Source of the DNA: an uncultured Gemmatimonadales bacterium | Lineage (GTDB): Bacteria > Gemmatimonadota > Gemmatimonadetes > Gemmatimonadales > GWC2-71-9 | Assembly: GCA_963821525.1 (NCBI GenBank) | Contig: CAWGED010000005.1 | Span: 704,001-768,000, forward strand | Reading direction: 5' to 3' | Length of the DNA stretch: 64,000 nt | Shown here: positions 1 to 10,077 of the stretch, piece by piece | Layout of the letters: each line of letters opens with the position of its first letter | Numbering within the stretch: position 1 is the first letter of the stretch | Program-made: the position numbers and the translations under genes | The notes under the pieces: model-generated | Seen by the model: only the letters and a program-made list of their open reading frames with translations | Told to the model about the DNA's origin: nothing | Database searches by the model: none

Positions 1-691
<691 letters not shown>

Positions 692-799
692 CTATGGGTA
701 CGCGACTACCCCGATCCGACGCATGCCGAGAACACGGCCCACCCTGAGGGGTGGACACATGCACATGATTCGACAACACATCGGGGAACGCGCGCTCAT
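692..799 (-). CDS. Met/Cys-rich leader peptide (35 aa) MSARSPMCCRIMCMCPPLRVGRVLGMRRIGVVAYP
   Basis: Manual translation. Codons 7-15 contain 3 Met and 4 Cys. GGAGGGG lies upstream. The ORF ends 21 nt before the terminator stem. Confidence 0.75.
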   Translation of the reverse strand: MSARSPMCCRIMCMCPPLRVGRVLGMRRIGVVAYP

Positions 800-937
800 T
801 TGCCGGTACGACCCCTCCGAAATGAAAATCCCTGCCGATCTGAGCGCAGGGAATGACTACCCGGCGCTTTAGCTCTTTGGTTCGGGGACGATCCCCCGGC
901 GGGAGCAAGTTGCCATAAATCCGTCCGCCGTGAAATC

Positions 938-966
938 AACCTATGATTCTTCGGGAATCCTGTCAA
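938..966 (-). promoter_or_regulatory. Sigma70-type promoter for the metY leader
   Basis: TTGACA (966-961), 17 nt spacer, TAGGTT (943-938) on the minus strand. Confidence 0.6.
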
Positions 967-1049
967 GCGAGCACTTTGGGATGATTTGCGTAGGAGGCCG
1001 GACTACATTTCACCCCGAAACCGAAATCATCTCACATCCAAATCCCACG

Positions 1050-1553
1050 ATGGCTGCCAATCCTTCCTTTGATATTTCGACCGGCGCCGACCTTCAGGAG
1101 GTCGACAACGCGGTCAACCAGTCCGTGAAAGAAGTCGGCCAGCGCTACGACTTCAAGGACAGCCACTGCACTATCGAGCTCGACCGTACCAAGGCAGAAA
1201 TCCGCCTGGCGGCCGACAATGAGTTCCGGATGGATGCGCTGCTCGACATCCTGCGGACCAAACTGGTCAAGCGGGGAGTTCCGGTCCGGAACCTCCGGAT
1301 CGGAGATCCGATCCCGGGCGCGGGCACCTCCGTGCGACGGACCATCGGCATCGCGCAGGGAATTCCCCAGGACACCGCCAAGAAGATTGTGAAAGCGATC
1401 AAGGACCAGGGATTCAAAAAGGTCCAGGCCAGCATTCAGGGCGAGGAAATAAGGATCACCGCGCCGTCGAAGGACGAGTTGCAACAGGTGATCGCCTTCC
1501 TGCGAGGCGGGGATTTCGAGCTCGAGCTCAAGTTTGGCAACTACCGCGGCTGA
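1050..1553 (+). CDS. yajQ: YajQ family nucleotide (c-di-GMP)-binding protein
   Basis: PSFDIS...QEVDNAVNQ...RYDFK...KVQASIQGEEIRIT...KDELQQVI...FGNYR signature. Start placed at ATG 1050. Confidence 0.93.
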   Translation: MAANPSFDISTGADLQEVDNAVNQSVKEVGQRYDFKDSHCTIELDRTKAEIRLAADNEFRMDALLDILRTKLVKRGVPVRNLRIGDPIPGAGTSVRRTIGIAQGIPQDTAKKIVKAIKDQGFKKVQASIQGEEIRITAPSKDELQQVIAFLRGGDFELELKFGNYRG

Positions 1554-2793
1554 GGTCGTGCGCGCCGCGTTCCCCCGCAGACTCGTCCTGGTCGCGTGGG
1601 GTCTCGTCACGCTGACCTGCAATCCTGCTCCGCCGCCGGAGGCCCCGTTTCCGGTCGAGGCGCCGGCGCGCTCGAGCCAGCCGGAGATCCGGATCGGCCT
1701 CTTCGTCGGCTCTCCGCTGGTTGAGTTAGGCTCGGACTCCGACATCAGCGTCATGGAGGGAGACGGCATGGCGAGCCTCTCCCACTCCTCCACCTGGAGC
1801 GTGAGGGTCTCAGGGGGCCGCCTCGAGCTGCGAGACGGATCCGGGTCGAGCAGCACCCACGACGGTCCGTTGACCTTCGTGCCGGCCTCCGGATCCATGA
1901 TGAGTGTCGCCGGCCGGTACTATCGTGGCAGCGCCAGCGTGTTTCGCGACCGGACCGGACTGACCGTCGTCAATCTGGTCTCTCTGGAGGACTACCTGGC
2001 CGGGGTTGTTTCGGCGGAGATGGGAAAGCGCGAGCCGGCCGACCGCGAGGCCCTCGCGGCGCAGGCCGTGATCTCGCGGACCTACGCGCTCAAGAATGTC
2101 GGGAAGCGTCGCTCGGAAGGGTTCGACCTGTATCCCACGGTGGTAGATCAGGTCTACGGCGGGGTCTGGGCCGAGACCCAGCTCGGCTGGGAGGCGGTGC
2201 GAGAGACGGCGGGCCAGACTCTCACCTTCAACGGCAGCCCGATCGATGCCTTCTTCTATTCGACTTGTGGTGGGCAGACTGCCGCGGGCACCGAGGTGTT
2301 CGTGGGGGCCAATCGGCCCTATCTCCAGTCGGTGCGCGACGAGGACGAGAACGGACAGGCGTACTGCCGGTTCTCTCCCCGCTTTCGCTGGCGCGAAGAG
2401 TGGACCGGCGATCAGCTCAAGACCATCTTGCGGGGAGTTCGTTCAACCCCGTTTCGGGAAGTACGGTCGGTTCAGGTGGTCGCTCGAACGGGCTCGGACC
2501 GGGTGGGGCGGATCGCCATCGGCGTGGACGAAGACCAGATCACGTTCGATGGGCCCGCAGTACGGCAGATTCTTCACCCGGTGAACGAACCTTTGCTTCG
2601 GAGCGGGGCCTTTACACTCACCGAGAGCCGAGAGGGACGAGTCGTTACCGGTCTCGTTGCCGACGGTCGCGGATCGGGGCATGGGGTAGGATTCTGTCAA
2701 TGGGGTGCGGTCGGCCGGGCCCGCGCCGGTCAGGACTTCCGCCAGATTCTGGCGGCGTACTTCCCCGGCACTTCGCTCGAGCGACTGTACTGA
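1534..2793 (+). CDS. SpoIID/LytB domain peptidoglycan lytic transglycosylase, possible lipoprotein
   Basis: VNLVSLEDYLAGVVSAEM...EALAAQAVISRTYA, DQVYGG, GSGHGVGFCQWGA...QILAAYFPG motifs. Start uncertain. Confidence 0.88.
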   Translation: MATTAAEVVRAAFPRRLVLVAWGLVTLTCNPAPPPEAPFPVEAPARSSQPEIRIGLFVGSPLVELGSDSDISVMEGDGMASLSHSSTWSVRVSGGRLELRDGSGSSSTHDGPLTFVPASGSMMSVAGRYYRGSASVFRDRTGLTVVNLVSLEDYLAGVVSAEMGKREPADREALAAQAVISRTYALKNVGKRRSEGFDLYPTVVDQVYGGVWAETQLGWEAVRETAGQTLTFNGSPIDAFFYSTCGGQTAAGTEVFVGANRPYLQSVRDEDENGQAYCRFSPRFRWREEWTGDQLKTILRGVRSTPFREVRSVQVVARTGSDRVGRIAIGVDEDQITFDGPAVRQILHPVNEPLLRSGAFTLTESREGRVVTGLVADGRGSGHGVGFCQWGAVGRARAGQDFRQILAAYFPGTSLERLY

Positions 2794-2820
2794 GCTTTCT
2801 CCCACTCCCGGAGATCAAGG

Positions 2821-3828
2821 ATGGCTGATCCCGTCAGAGTCGGCGTCATCGGCGCCGGAGCGATTACCCAGGTCGCGCACTTGCCCGTGCTGCGGAAGCT
2901 CAAGGGCATCGAAGTGGTGGCCATCTGCGACACCGACATGCCGAAGGCCAGGGCCCTGGCCGATCGCTTCAAGGTGCCGGATGCATTCAGCGACATCGAG
3001 GAGTTGCTGGAGTACGAAGAGCTCGATGCGATCGCCATCTGCACGCCCAATCACCTGCATGAACCCCATGTGATGGCGGCTCTCTCGGCGAACTTGCACG
3101 TCTTCGTCGAGCGTCCCCTCGCCCTGAACGCCGTCGAAGTGCAGCAGGTCCTCCGTGCAGCCGAAAAGAAGAAGCGGGTCTTGATGGTGGCGCTGAACCA
3201 CCGGTACCGCGCCGACGTGCAGATCGTCCGCAGCTTCGTCCAGAGCGGAGAGCTCGGGAAGGTCCAGAGCGTTCGCGGCAGCTGGCACGTCTTCCGTCCC
3301 AGCCGGTCTCAGCTCGGATGGCGCACTCGGCGCGATGAGGCCGGAGGCGGCGCCATTCTCGACCTGGGTTACGCGATTCTCGATCTGGGCCTGTGGCTCG
3401 CAGACGGACCCAAGCCGCTGCGGGTGAGTGCCTCGCTGGATATCTCCAGCGATGGGAGTGTGGAGCCCTCGGGTAGCGCGTTCGTGGTCTGCGAGAACGA
3501 TTTCTCGGTCTTCCTCGACGTCACCTGGCGCCACATCGGCGAGGGAGAGCGCTTCGGAGTCGGCGTCCGGGGCAGCCGAGGGACGGCCGGCATCAACCCG
3601 CTCCATGTATGGAAGGAATTGCATGGCGTGCCCACAGATGTCGCACCGACAGGATCCATTGGGCGCGAAAACCCTTTCACCGCATCTTACCGGGCAGAAT
3701 GGGCGCACTTCATGGCTTGCATCCGCGGTCAGGCCACCGCCCCTGATAACAAGGACCAGATCACCCTGCATCGCGTGATCGATGCGATTTATCAGTCGGC
3801 CAAGGAGGGAAGGGACGTGGAATTGTGA
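2821..3828 (+). CDS. Gfo/Idh/MocA family oxidoreductase
   Basis: VGVIGAGAI Rossmann motif, ICTPNHLH, HVFVERPLA, GGGAILDLGYAILD. Confidence 0.9.
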   Translation: MADPVRVGVIGAGAITQVAHLPVLRKLKGIEVVAICDTDMPKARALADRFKVPDAFSDIEELLEYEELDAIAICTPNHLHEPHVMAALSANLHVFVERPLALNAVEVQQVLRAAEKKKRVLMVALNHRYRADVQIVRSFVQSGELGKVQSVRGSWHVFRPSRSQLGWRTRRDEAGGGAILDLGYAILDLGLWLADGPKPLRVSASLDISSDGSVEPSGSAFVVCENDFSVFLDVTWRHIGEGERFGVGVRGSRGTAGINPLHVWKELHGVPTDVAPTGSIGRENPFTASYRAEWAHFMACIRGQATAPDNKDQITLHRVIDAIYQSAKEGRDVEL

Positions 3829-5180
3829 GAGTGGACGGGAAGGCGGGAAGGCGGGAGGGCGGGAGGTTTATGGGATTCGACGCTGTCCGATCCCGGCTTC
3901 TCTGGTTTCTTGCTTGCTGGCCTTCGCTGTGCATTTCCTCCCCAGCCCTTGCCGTTTCAGCCGATCGCCCCACCGCCTTCCCGCCCTCCCGCCTTGCCAC
4001 CATTCCGCCTTCCCGCCCCACCGCCCTACCGCCCGGCTCAGAACTCACTATCGCCGTCCTCACCATGGGCCCCGGCGGCGAGGTCTGGGAACGCTTCGGC
4101 CATAACGCCATCGTGGTGGAGGACCACCAGCAAGGCACCAGCGTCGCCTACAACTACGGGATGTTCAGCTTCCGGCAGGAGAATTTCCTGCTCCGCTTCA
4201 TCCAGGGCCGGATGAATTACTGGATGGCGGGCTTCGACACCGATTTGGATGTGGCGCGCTATCGGGCCGCGCAGCGTTCAGTCTGGCGGCAGGAGCTGAA
4301 CCTGACTCCGGCGCAGCGGGTCGCCCTGCGGGATTTCCTGGTCTGGAATTCCCGGGACGAGAACAAGTTCTACCGCTACGACTACTATCGCGACAACTGC
4401 TCGACCCGGGTCCGGGACGCACTCGATGTGGCGGTCCGCGGGGCGATCAAGGCTCAGACCTCAACCCTGCCTGCCGGCACCAGCTTTCGGTTCCACACCC
4501 AGCGTCTTACCACCAACGACATCCCGATCTACACCGCGATGCAGATCGCCACTGGCCGCGGAGCGGACGAACCCCTGTCGGCATGGGAGGAGATGTTCCT
4601 TCCCTTCAAGCTGAGAGAGCATCTACGGGCAGTACGAATCCCCGACGACTCAGGTCACATGGTGCCGCTGGTGAAGGCTGAGGAGACGATTTACGAAAGC
4701 AATGCGTATCCCGTGCTCGACGCCCCGCCGCGCTGGATTCCGAACTATTTGATCGTGGGACTGGTTCTCGGTGTCGGGCTCGCCGTTCTGGGAACGCTCA
4801 GTGCCCGCTCCGGATGGGCCCGGGTCTGCTTCGGCGCCCTCGGCCTGACCTGGACCTGGGTCACCGGCATAGTCGGAACGCTGCTCGCTGGAATGTGGGC
4901 CTTCACCGACCATGTGATCGCGAGACGCAACGAAAACGTGCTGCAGTTCAGCGTATTGGCGCTCGCCCTCGCGATCCTGCTGATCCCCGTGCTGCGAGGG
5001 AAGAACTGGCCCGTTCGGTCGGCACGCGCGCTCGCCACGGTGATGGCTCTCTTGTCAATCGCTGGGCTGCTGGGGAAGGTCCTGCCGAGCTGGATTCAGG
5101 GTAACGGTCAACTGCTGGCGCTTGCGGTTCCCGTCAACCTTGGCCTCGCGATAGGTCTGCAGCGGTTCATCCGGGAATAG
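3825..5180 (+). CDS. DUF4105 / Lnb-like lipoprotein N-acyltransferase with C-terminal transmembrane helices
   Basis: WERFGHNAI, YNYGMF, YRYDYYRDNCSTRVRD, WEEMFLP and several C-terminal TM segments. True start may be ATG 3870. Confidence 0.8.
   Translation: MRVDGKAGRREGGRFMGFDAVRSRLLWFLACWPSLCISSPALAVSADRPTAFPPSRLATIPPSRPTALPPGSELTIAVLTMGPGGEVWERFGHNAIVVEDHQQGTSVAYNYGMFSFRQENFLLRFIQGRMNYWMAGFDTDLDVARYRAAQRSVWRQELNLTPAQRVALRDFLVWNSRDENKFYRYDYYRDNCSTRVRDALDVAVRGAIKAQTSTLPAGTSFRFHTQRLTTNDIPIYTAMQIATGRGADEPLSAWEEMFLPFKLREHLRAVRIPDDSGHMVPLVKAEETIYESNAYPVLDAPPRWIPNYLIVGLVLGVGLAVLGTLSARSGWARVCFGALGLTWTWVTGIVGTLLAGMWAFTDHVIARRNENVLQFSVLALALAILLIPVLRGKNWPVRSARALATVMALLSIAGLLGKVLPSWIQGNGQLLALAVPVNLGLAIGLQRFIRE
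3833..4036. repeat. Inverted pair of ~8-mer (GGCGGGAA-like) tandem arrays at the 5' end of the DUF4105 gene
   Basis: AGGCGGGAAGGCGGGAGGGCGGGAGG (3841-3866) and reverse-complement array CCGCCTTCCCGCCCTCCCGCC... (about 3961-4036). Confidence 0.75.
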
Positions 5181-5188
5181 ACCCGGTT

Positions 5189-7123
5189 CTACGCGCTCCT
5201 CTCCCATAGCTTGTGGTCTATGAACAGGCGGAAGAGCTGGGAGTCCAGCATCCCGCCCTTCACCTCGTCCTGCATGATGCCCAGCGCACGATCGGTGGGC
5301 ACGGCGCGCTTGTAGGGGCGGTCCTGAGCGGTCAGCGCGTCGTAAATATCCGCGATCGTCATCATCCTGGTCTGCAGCGGAATGGCATCGCCCTCAATGC
5401 GCCGCGGATAGCCCCGCCCGTTGAGCTTCTCGTGGTGGGCGTGGGCGATGTCGGGGATCCGGCTCAGCCCCCTGGTCCACGGGATGCGCCGCAGGAAGTC
5501 GAAGGTGTGGGTGACGTGACTCTCGATCTCCAGCCGCTCCTCTTCGTCCAGGCTACCCTTTCGAATCCTCAGCATCCTGACCTCGGGCTCGGTCAGGAAC
5601 GGGGCCGGATTCCCATTCATGTCTTCGAAGGTCCGAGTCGAGAACTCGTTCAGCTGCTCGAAATTCCCCTCGGCCAGTATTGACGGCTCGTTGGACTCGA
5701 GCACCACCCGGAGAAAACGCTCGGTGAGAGCGATCTCCGCTTCGTGGCGACTCTGCAGGTCGAGGAGAAATGTTTCGTACCCCTTGGGGCCGTTGGCCAG
5801 GAGATAGTCGGCCCGCTCCTTCTCAAACCGCCATTGGGCGCTGCGTCTGATGAACGCGTGGCGCTGGCGGATCAGGGTCAAGTTCTCAGTGTAGAGCTTC
5901 TTGGCTTTGACCAGCACCTGCTCCCGCACGCCGACCTTGCCGAAGTCGTGGAGCAGGCCGGCGTAGCGGATTTCCCGGATCTGCTCCGGGGTGAAGTTCA
6001 CGAGACGAAAGGGGCCGTCGTCCACCCGGTCCACCAGGGTCGCAAGCGCGACGGTCCTGGTAGCTACCCGTTCGGAATGGCCCGAGGTCGTCGGGTCGCG
6101 CTGCTCGATCGCGGTGACCGCAGCCTTCACGAACCCCTCGAACAATCGCTCGATCGCCTCGTAGAGCTGACTGTTCTCGATTGACACCGCCGCCTGACCC
6201 GCCAGCGCCCGGACGATTTTCACCGTGTGCGGGCTGTAGGAAATGATCTGCCGGTCTGCCTCCTCTGGAGACGCCAAGCGCGCCGCAAAGTCCCGCTTTC
6301 GATTGATGAGCTGGAGGACGCCGATCACATCTCCGTGGTGATTCACCATCGGGATGACCAGCATGGACTTGGTGCGATAGCCGTAGCGCTGGTCGAACGA
6401 GCGGTTGAAGGCGTACTCCACGTCCGGTGGCAGCATGTAGACATCGTCGATCACGAGCGGCTCGCCCTCGGACGCGGCGTATCCCGCGAGCGACGCCTGA
6501 TCGATCGGCATAGTGAACTCGACGAAGGGAATATCCGGCCGGCTGTCGTTCTGGCTCAGCTTGAACCGCAGCCGTTTCTCTCCCCGGTCGTCCGTCTCCA
6601 CCACGTAGAGACTTCCCGCATCCGACTGGGTGATGCGGCGGGCCTGGTTCAGGATCAGGTCCAGTAGCTTGTTGTAGTCCTTCTCCGTCGTGAGCTGGAT
6701 CCCGATGTCGGTGAGCTCGGTGATCTCGCTGGTCCGGGCCGCCGTCTCCGCCTTGGCCCGAAGCGTGTCCTGGCGAGCCGCGGCCACGAGCAGCGCGCTT
6801 CGAAGCCCAACCAGCAGTTGCCGTCCTCCGATCGGTCCCCGGACGAATCCCGCGAGTGCTTCGGCCGGCAAGTCGTGAGGGACGTCCTCTTCGCCGTTTG
6901 CTCCGAGGGCCAGTACCGCGACTCCCGCATCGCGCAGGGCCAGCAGGGCATGCGGCGTGAAATGAGAGCGCGCCAAGGCATCGAGCAGGAGAACAGTCGG
7001 GCGGTGATCGGCCGCCACCTCGGAGGCCGAACTCACCTGGCGCACTTCGACTCCCTCCTGAGCCAGGGGATGGCTGATGGTTTCGGGTGTCCAGGACGGG
7101 AGGTGAAGCAGCAGAAACTTCAT
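5189..7123 (-). CDS. GAF + HD-GYP domain cyclic dinucleotide phosphodiesterase
   Basis: GAF (YRTKSMLVIPM...IGVLQLIN), TSGHSERVA, LLHDFGKVG, HHEKLNGRGYP, IADIYDALT..DRPYK. Confidence 0.92.
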   Translation of the reverse strand: MKFLLLHLPSWTPETISHPLAQEGVEVRQVSSASEVAADHRPTVLLLDALARSHFTPHALLALRDAGVAVLALGANGEEDVPHDLPAEALAGFVRGPIGGRQLLVGLRSALLVAAARQDTLRAKAETAARTSEITELTDIGIQLTTEKDYNKLLDLILNQARRITQSDAGSLYVVETDDRGEKRLRFKLSQNDSRPDIPFVEFTMPIDQASLAGYAASEGEPLVIDDVYMLPPDVEYAFNRSFDQRYGYRTKSMLVIPMVNHHGDVIGVLQLINRKRDFAARLASPEEADRQIISYSPHTVKIVRALAGQAAVSIENSQLYEAIERLFEGFVKAAVTAIEQRDPTTSGHSERVATRTVALATLVDRVDDGPFRLVNFTPEQIREIRYAGLLHDFGKVGVREQVLVKAKKLYTENLTLIRQRHAFIRRSAQWRFEKERADYLLANGPKGYETFLLDLQSRHEAEIALTERFLRVVLESNEPSILAEGNFEQLNEFSTRTFEDMNGNPAPFLTEPEVRMLRIRKGSLDEEERLEIESHVTHTFDFLRRIPWTRGLSRIPDIAHAHHEKLNGRGYPRRIEGDAIPLQTRMMTIADIYDALTAQDRPYKRAVPTDRALGIMQDEVKGGMLDSQLFRLFIDHKLWERSA

Positions 7124-7352
7124 TTCTTGGCCGCCGCGCTGTCCGACTGGGCCACGATCGAATCGTGATCCAGCGGCTTCACGCCGCTGATGACCTTCAG
7201 CGGGCGGCGGCTCAACTGGTCCATGAGGTACTCCATCTTGATGCTCACCACCCGGATGTTCTCGGCGGTCTGCCGGATGCGCTCCCGATTATCGACCGCG
7301 ACCAGTGTCGCGGCGTGGGCCAGAGTATCCAGGTTATTCATCAGTTGCCGGG
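7120..7352 (-). pseudogene. Probable C-terminal fragment of an MlaD/MCE-family protein
   Basis: Helical ARQLMNNLDTL...ENIR...YLMDQLSRRPLKVISG resembles MlaD C-terminal tails. It abuts an mlaE fragment. Confidence 0.5.
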
Positions 7353-7505
7353 CTGGTTGAGCAGGATGCGGACGGCCACCCGGCGTCCCGCGCGGGGCAG
7401 GGACCAGGCCGAGCTGCTCGCCTCAAAAGCAAAACGCGCCAGCGCGCCCACTCGGGCGAGCCAGCGCGTGGTTCCCCTGCCGAGAGCGGCGAGAAACCCT
7501 ATCAC
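7341..7505 (-). pseudogene. N-terminal fragment of an MlaE-type ABC permease
   Basis: GTG 7505: MIGFLAALGRGTTRWLARVGALARFAFEASSSAWSLPRAGRRVAVRILLNQ, then PGN*. Resembles an MlaE N-terminus cut just before the conserved Q-x-x-F-x-G segment. Confidence 0.6.
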
Positions 7506-7509
7506 AAGA

Positions 7510-8212
7510 TCAAGCCGGGTTGACCTTCTTCAGCCCTTCCTTCGCCTCGGTGTACTCGGGGAACACCTGCAGGGCCTTGTTGTAATACTCGGTCGCCTTG
7601 GCCTTGTCGCCGCGGTCCTGATAGAGGAGAGCGCGGCTGTAGTACGTGAGTGCCTCGGTGGGCACGTTGCGCGCCTTGCTCGCCTTGCTCACGTCAGAGG
7701 GAAGCGGCGGCAGCTTGGTCTCCGCCATCAGCTTCTCGGACACCGACTGGATGATCTTGAACAGCTCCTCACGCTTCTGGAGCTTCGGATCGTTGGTCAC
7801 CACCTTCATGATTTCACTGGTCTCCACGTTGACGATGCGCGCGTCAACCCGGAACTTGCCATAGAAGTCGATGAAGTTGCCCATGACCATGTATTTCGCG
7901 CCGACCAGCTTCCCGATCTTGGCGGCGGTTGCGGCGTCGACCCGGCCTTCCTTAGCCCAGGTTCTGCTCGTCGAGGAACTTCTGCGTTTCGCTGCGGTCC
8001 ACGAGGCGCGCCGCGGGGTTCTGGGCAAGCTCGCTGATGAGCATTCCCGCGATGCCCTTTTCCAGGGCATCGAAGTTCTCCTTGTCCTGGCCGTAGGACC
8101 CGCCGTTCTCGAACGGCAGGACCGCGATGCCGGGCCGCGTATCCTGCGCGACGCTCACCGCGGGCAGCGCCCACAGGACCAGGGCCAGCGTGTATGCCAT
8201 CCGCCTCCGCAT
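7510..8212 (-). CDS. Secreted CsgG/FlgO/TolB-N-like protein with C-terminal TPR (frameshift near 7955)
   Basis: Signal peptide, IAVLPFEN...LVDRSETQKFLDEQNL joined to VDAATAAKIGKLVGAKYMVMG...VDARIVNVETSEI, then TPR. GAGGAG RBS. Confidence 0.82.
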
Positions 8213-8226
8213 AAGTACGCTCCTCG

Positions 8227-9093
8227 TCAGAGAGACAGGGTCATACCTTCGCGCGCCGCGTCGATCACCAGAGCGGGCGCGGACTTCTTGCCATCCCGGC
8301 GAGCCTGCTCCAGCAGCCGGTCGATCGCCGCGTCGTCGTTCTCCGGTTCGTGGTGAAAGAGCACCAAGCGCCGGCATCCGCATTCCCTGGCCAGGTCCAG
8401 CGCCTGACTCGGTGTCGAGTGCCCCCAGCCGGCCCGCGATTCGATGATCTCGTCGGAATACATCCCGTCGTGGATCAGCGTATCAACCCCATCCAGGAAC
8501 TTCACCAGCCGGGCGTGCCAGTCGGGGGGCACATCGTACGTCCCGCCCGATCCCAGCTCGTTGTCCGTCACGTACGCGACGCTCGCTCCGCCGGTCATTG
8601 GTTTGAGCCGGAAACCCAGAGTGGTTCCCGGATGACGCAACCGGAACGCTTCGACTTTGAACCCGTCGATCTCGAAGGCCCCGGTTCCCACTTCGGTCAC
8701 CGTCAGCTCCGCGGCCAGCGCCTTGAGCGGAACCGGAAAAACCACCGGATCCATCTGCCGGTCGAGAATCTTCTCGAGCGGCACGCCCGCTTGCGGCGCT
8801 CCGAAGATCCGCACCGCGCTCCCCTTCGTGTTCAGAGGCTGGAAGAACGGCAGCCCCTGGATGTGGTCCCAATGGGTGTGCGAGAGCAGGATGTCCACGC
8901 TCATCGCCCCATTCATCTGCTTCATCAGCTCGTGTCCCAGCGGACGAATCCCGGTGCCGGCGTCGAGCACCACCAGTTGTCCCGGCTGTCCTGATACCGC
9001 GACGCATGAGGTATTGCCCCCGTAGCGCGCAGTATGCGCACCGGGCGTCGGGATCGAACCCCTCGTCCCCCAGAAAGCGACGGAATATGTCAC
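8227..9093 (-). CDS. MBL-fold metallo-hydrolase (possible cyclic-nucleotide phosphodiesterase)
   Basis: FWGTRGSIPTPG, YGGNTSC, DAGTG, SHTHWDHIQG, GWGHST, LFHHEP. Confidence 0.88.
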   Translation of the reverse strand: MTYSVAFWGTRGSIPTPGAHTARYGGNTSCVAVSGQPGQLVVLDAGTGIRPLGHELMKQMNGAMSVDILLSHTHWDHIQGLPFFQPLNTKGSAVRIFGAPQAGVPLEKILDRQMDPVVFPVPLKALAAELTVTEVGTGAFEIDGFKVEAFRLRHPGTTLGFRLKPMTGGASVAYVTDNELGSGGTYDVPPDWHARLVKFLDGVDTLIHDGMYSDEIIESRAGWGHSTPSQALDLARECGCRRLVLFHHEPENDDAAIDRLLEQARRDGKKSAPALVIDAAREGMTLSL

Positions 9094-9177
9094 GCAGAAA
9101 CAGTCGGCAACGGATACGGGACCCGCAAGGACTCTGCCAGCCGGCGGAGAGCCGTCACGGCAGAGTCGTGACTATGA

Positions 9178-9855
9178 TCACGCCCGCCCGGCAGCCTGTT
9201 CGAGCCCGGCTCGATCGCTGAGAGTTATCTCGCGCCGGGTGACCGTAATCAACCCGCGTTCGACGAAGTCCCGCATGGTGCGCGAAACCGTCTCCCGGCT
9301 GGATCCGATCATCTGGGCGATGACATGGTGGGTGATTTTCTTGGTAATGCGACCCTCGGGTTCTTCGTCGGCCAAACGAAGCAGGACGTCGGCAACACGG
9401 CCGTTTACGTCGAGCAGCACCAGGCTACCGATTTTTTCATCGGCGCGGCGCAGTCGCCGGGACAGCTCACGCAGCAGGCCGATGGCGATTTCAGGAGAGC
9501 GTCGCAGTCTGGCCTGGAAGTCCTCGCGCCGGAGCATGAGGACCGTCGCATCCGTCATGGCGATGACGTGCGCCGAGCGCGGTTGATCGTCGATCAGCGC
9601 CATCTCGCCGAAGAAGGCGCCTTCGCCGAGCACGGAAAGAATGACCTCGCGGCCGTCTTCACCGATCAGTACAACTTTCACCTGACCGGTGGCGACCAGG
9701 TACAGCGCATCTCCCGGGTCATCCTCGAACAGGATGACGCTGCCTTTTGGGTAGCTCCGCTCCCGCACCAACTCGGCGAAGGCCACGAGCTCAGTTTCGG
9801 GCAGACCGGCAAACAGGGGTACCTTCCTTAGAACCTCGAGTGGGGCGGCCGGCAC
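9178..9855 (-). CDS. Crp/Fnr family transcriptional regulator
   Basis: cNMP-binding FFGEMALIDDQPRSA and HTH IAQMIGSSRETVSR. Confidence 0.93.
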   Translation of the reverse strand: MPAAPLEVLRKVPLFAGLPETELVAFAELVRERSYPKGSVILFEDDPGDALYLVATGQVKVVLIGEDGREVILSVLGEGAFFGEMALIDDQPRSAHVIAMTDATVLMLRREDFQARLRRSPEIAIGLLRELSRRLRRADEKIGSLVLLDVNGRVADVLLRLADEEPEGRITKKITHHVIAQMIGSSRETVSRTMRDFVERGLITVTRREITLSDRAGLEQAAGRA

Positions 9856-9923
9856 GTCACCTCGCCAAAAGGGGTGGAAGTCTTGATGAATACGATATTT
9901 GCGCCTTTCCCCGCTGTCAAACG

Positions 9924-9948
9924 AGAATCCGGATTTCGTCCGGATTCT
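9924..9948. other. Perfect 10-bp inverted repeat in the crp/rpmE divergent spacer
   Basis: AGAATCCGGA-TTTCG-TCCGGATTCT; function unknown. Confidence 0.5.
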
Positions 9949-10003
9949 GATGGTAGCGTTATGGGACCATCGGTGAGACCTTCGGCGGTGATGGAAGGCC
10001 CGG

Positions 10004-10033
10004 TTGCGACAGAGTGGCCTAACCCACTATAAT
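10004..10033 (+). promoter_or_regulatory. Sigma70-type promoter of the rpmE-prfA operon
   Basis: TTGCGA, 18 nt spacer, TATAAT. Confidence 0.65.
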
Positions 10034-10077
10034 TCAAGGCTTTCCCAATCTTGTGAACGTCCCAAGGAGCGGCAAAC

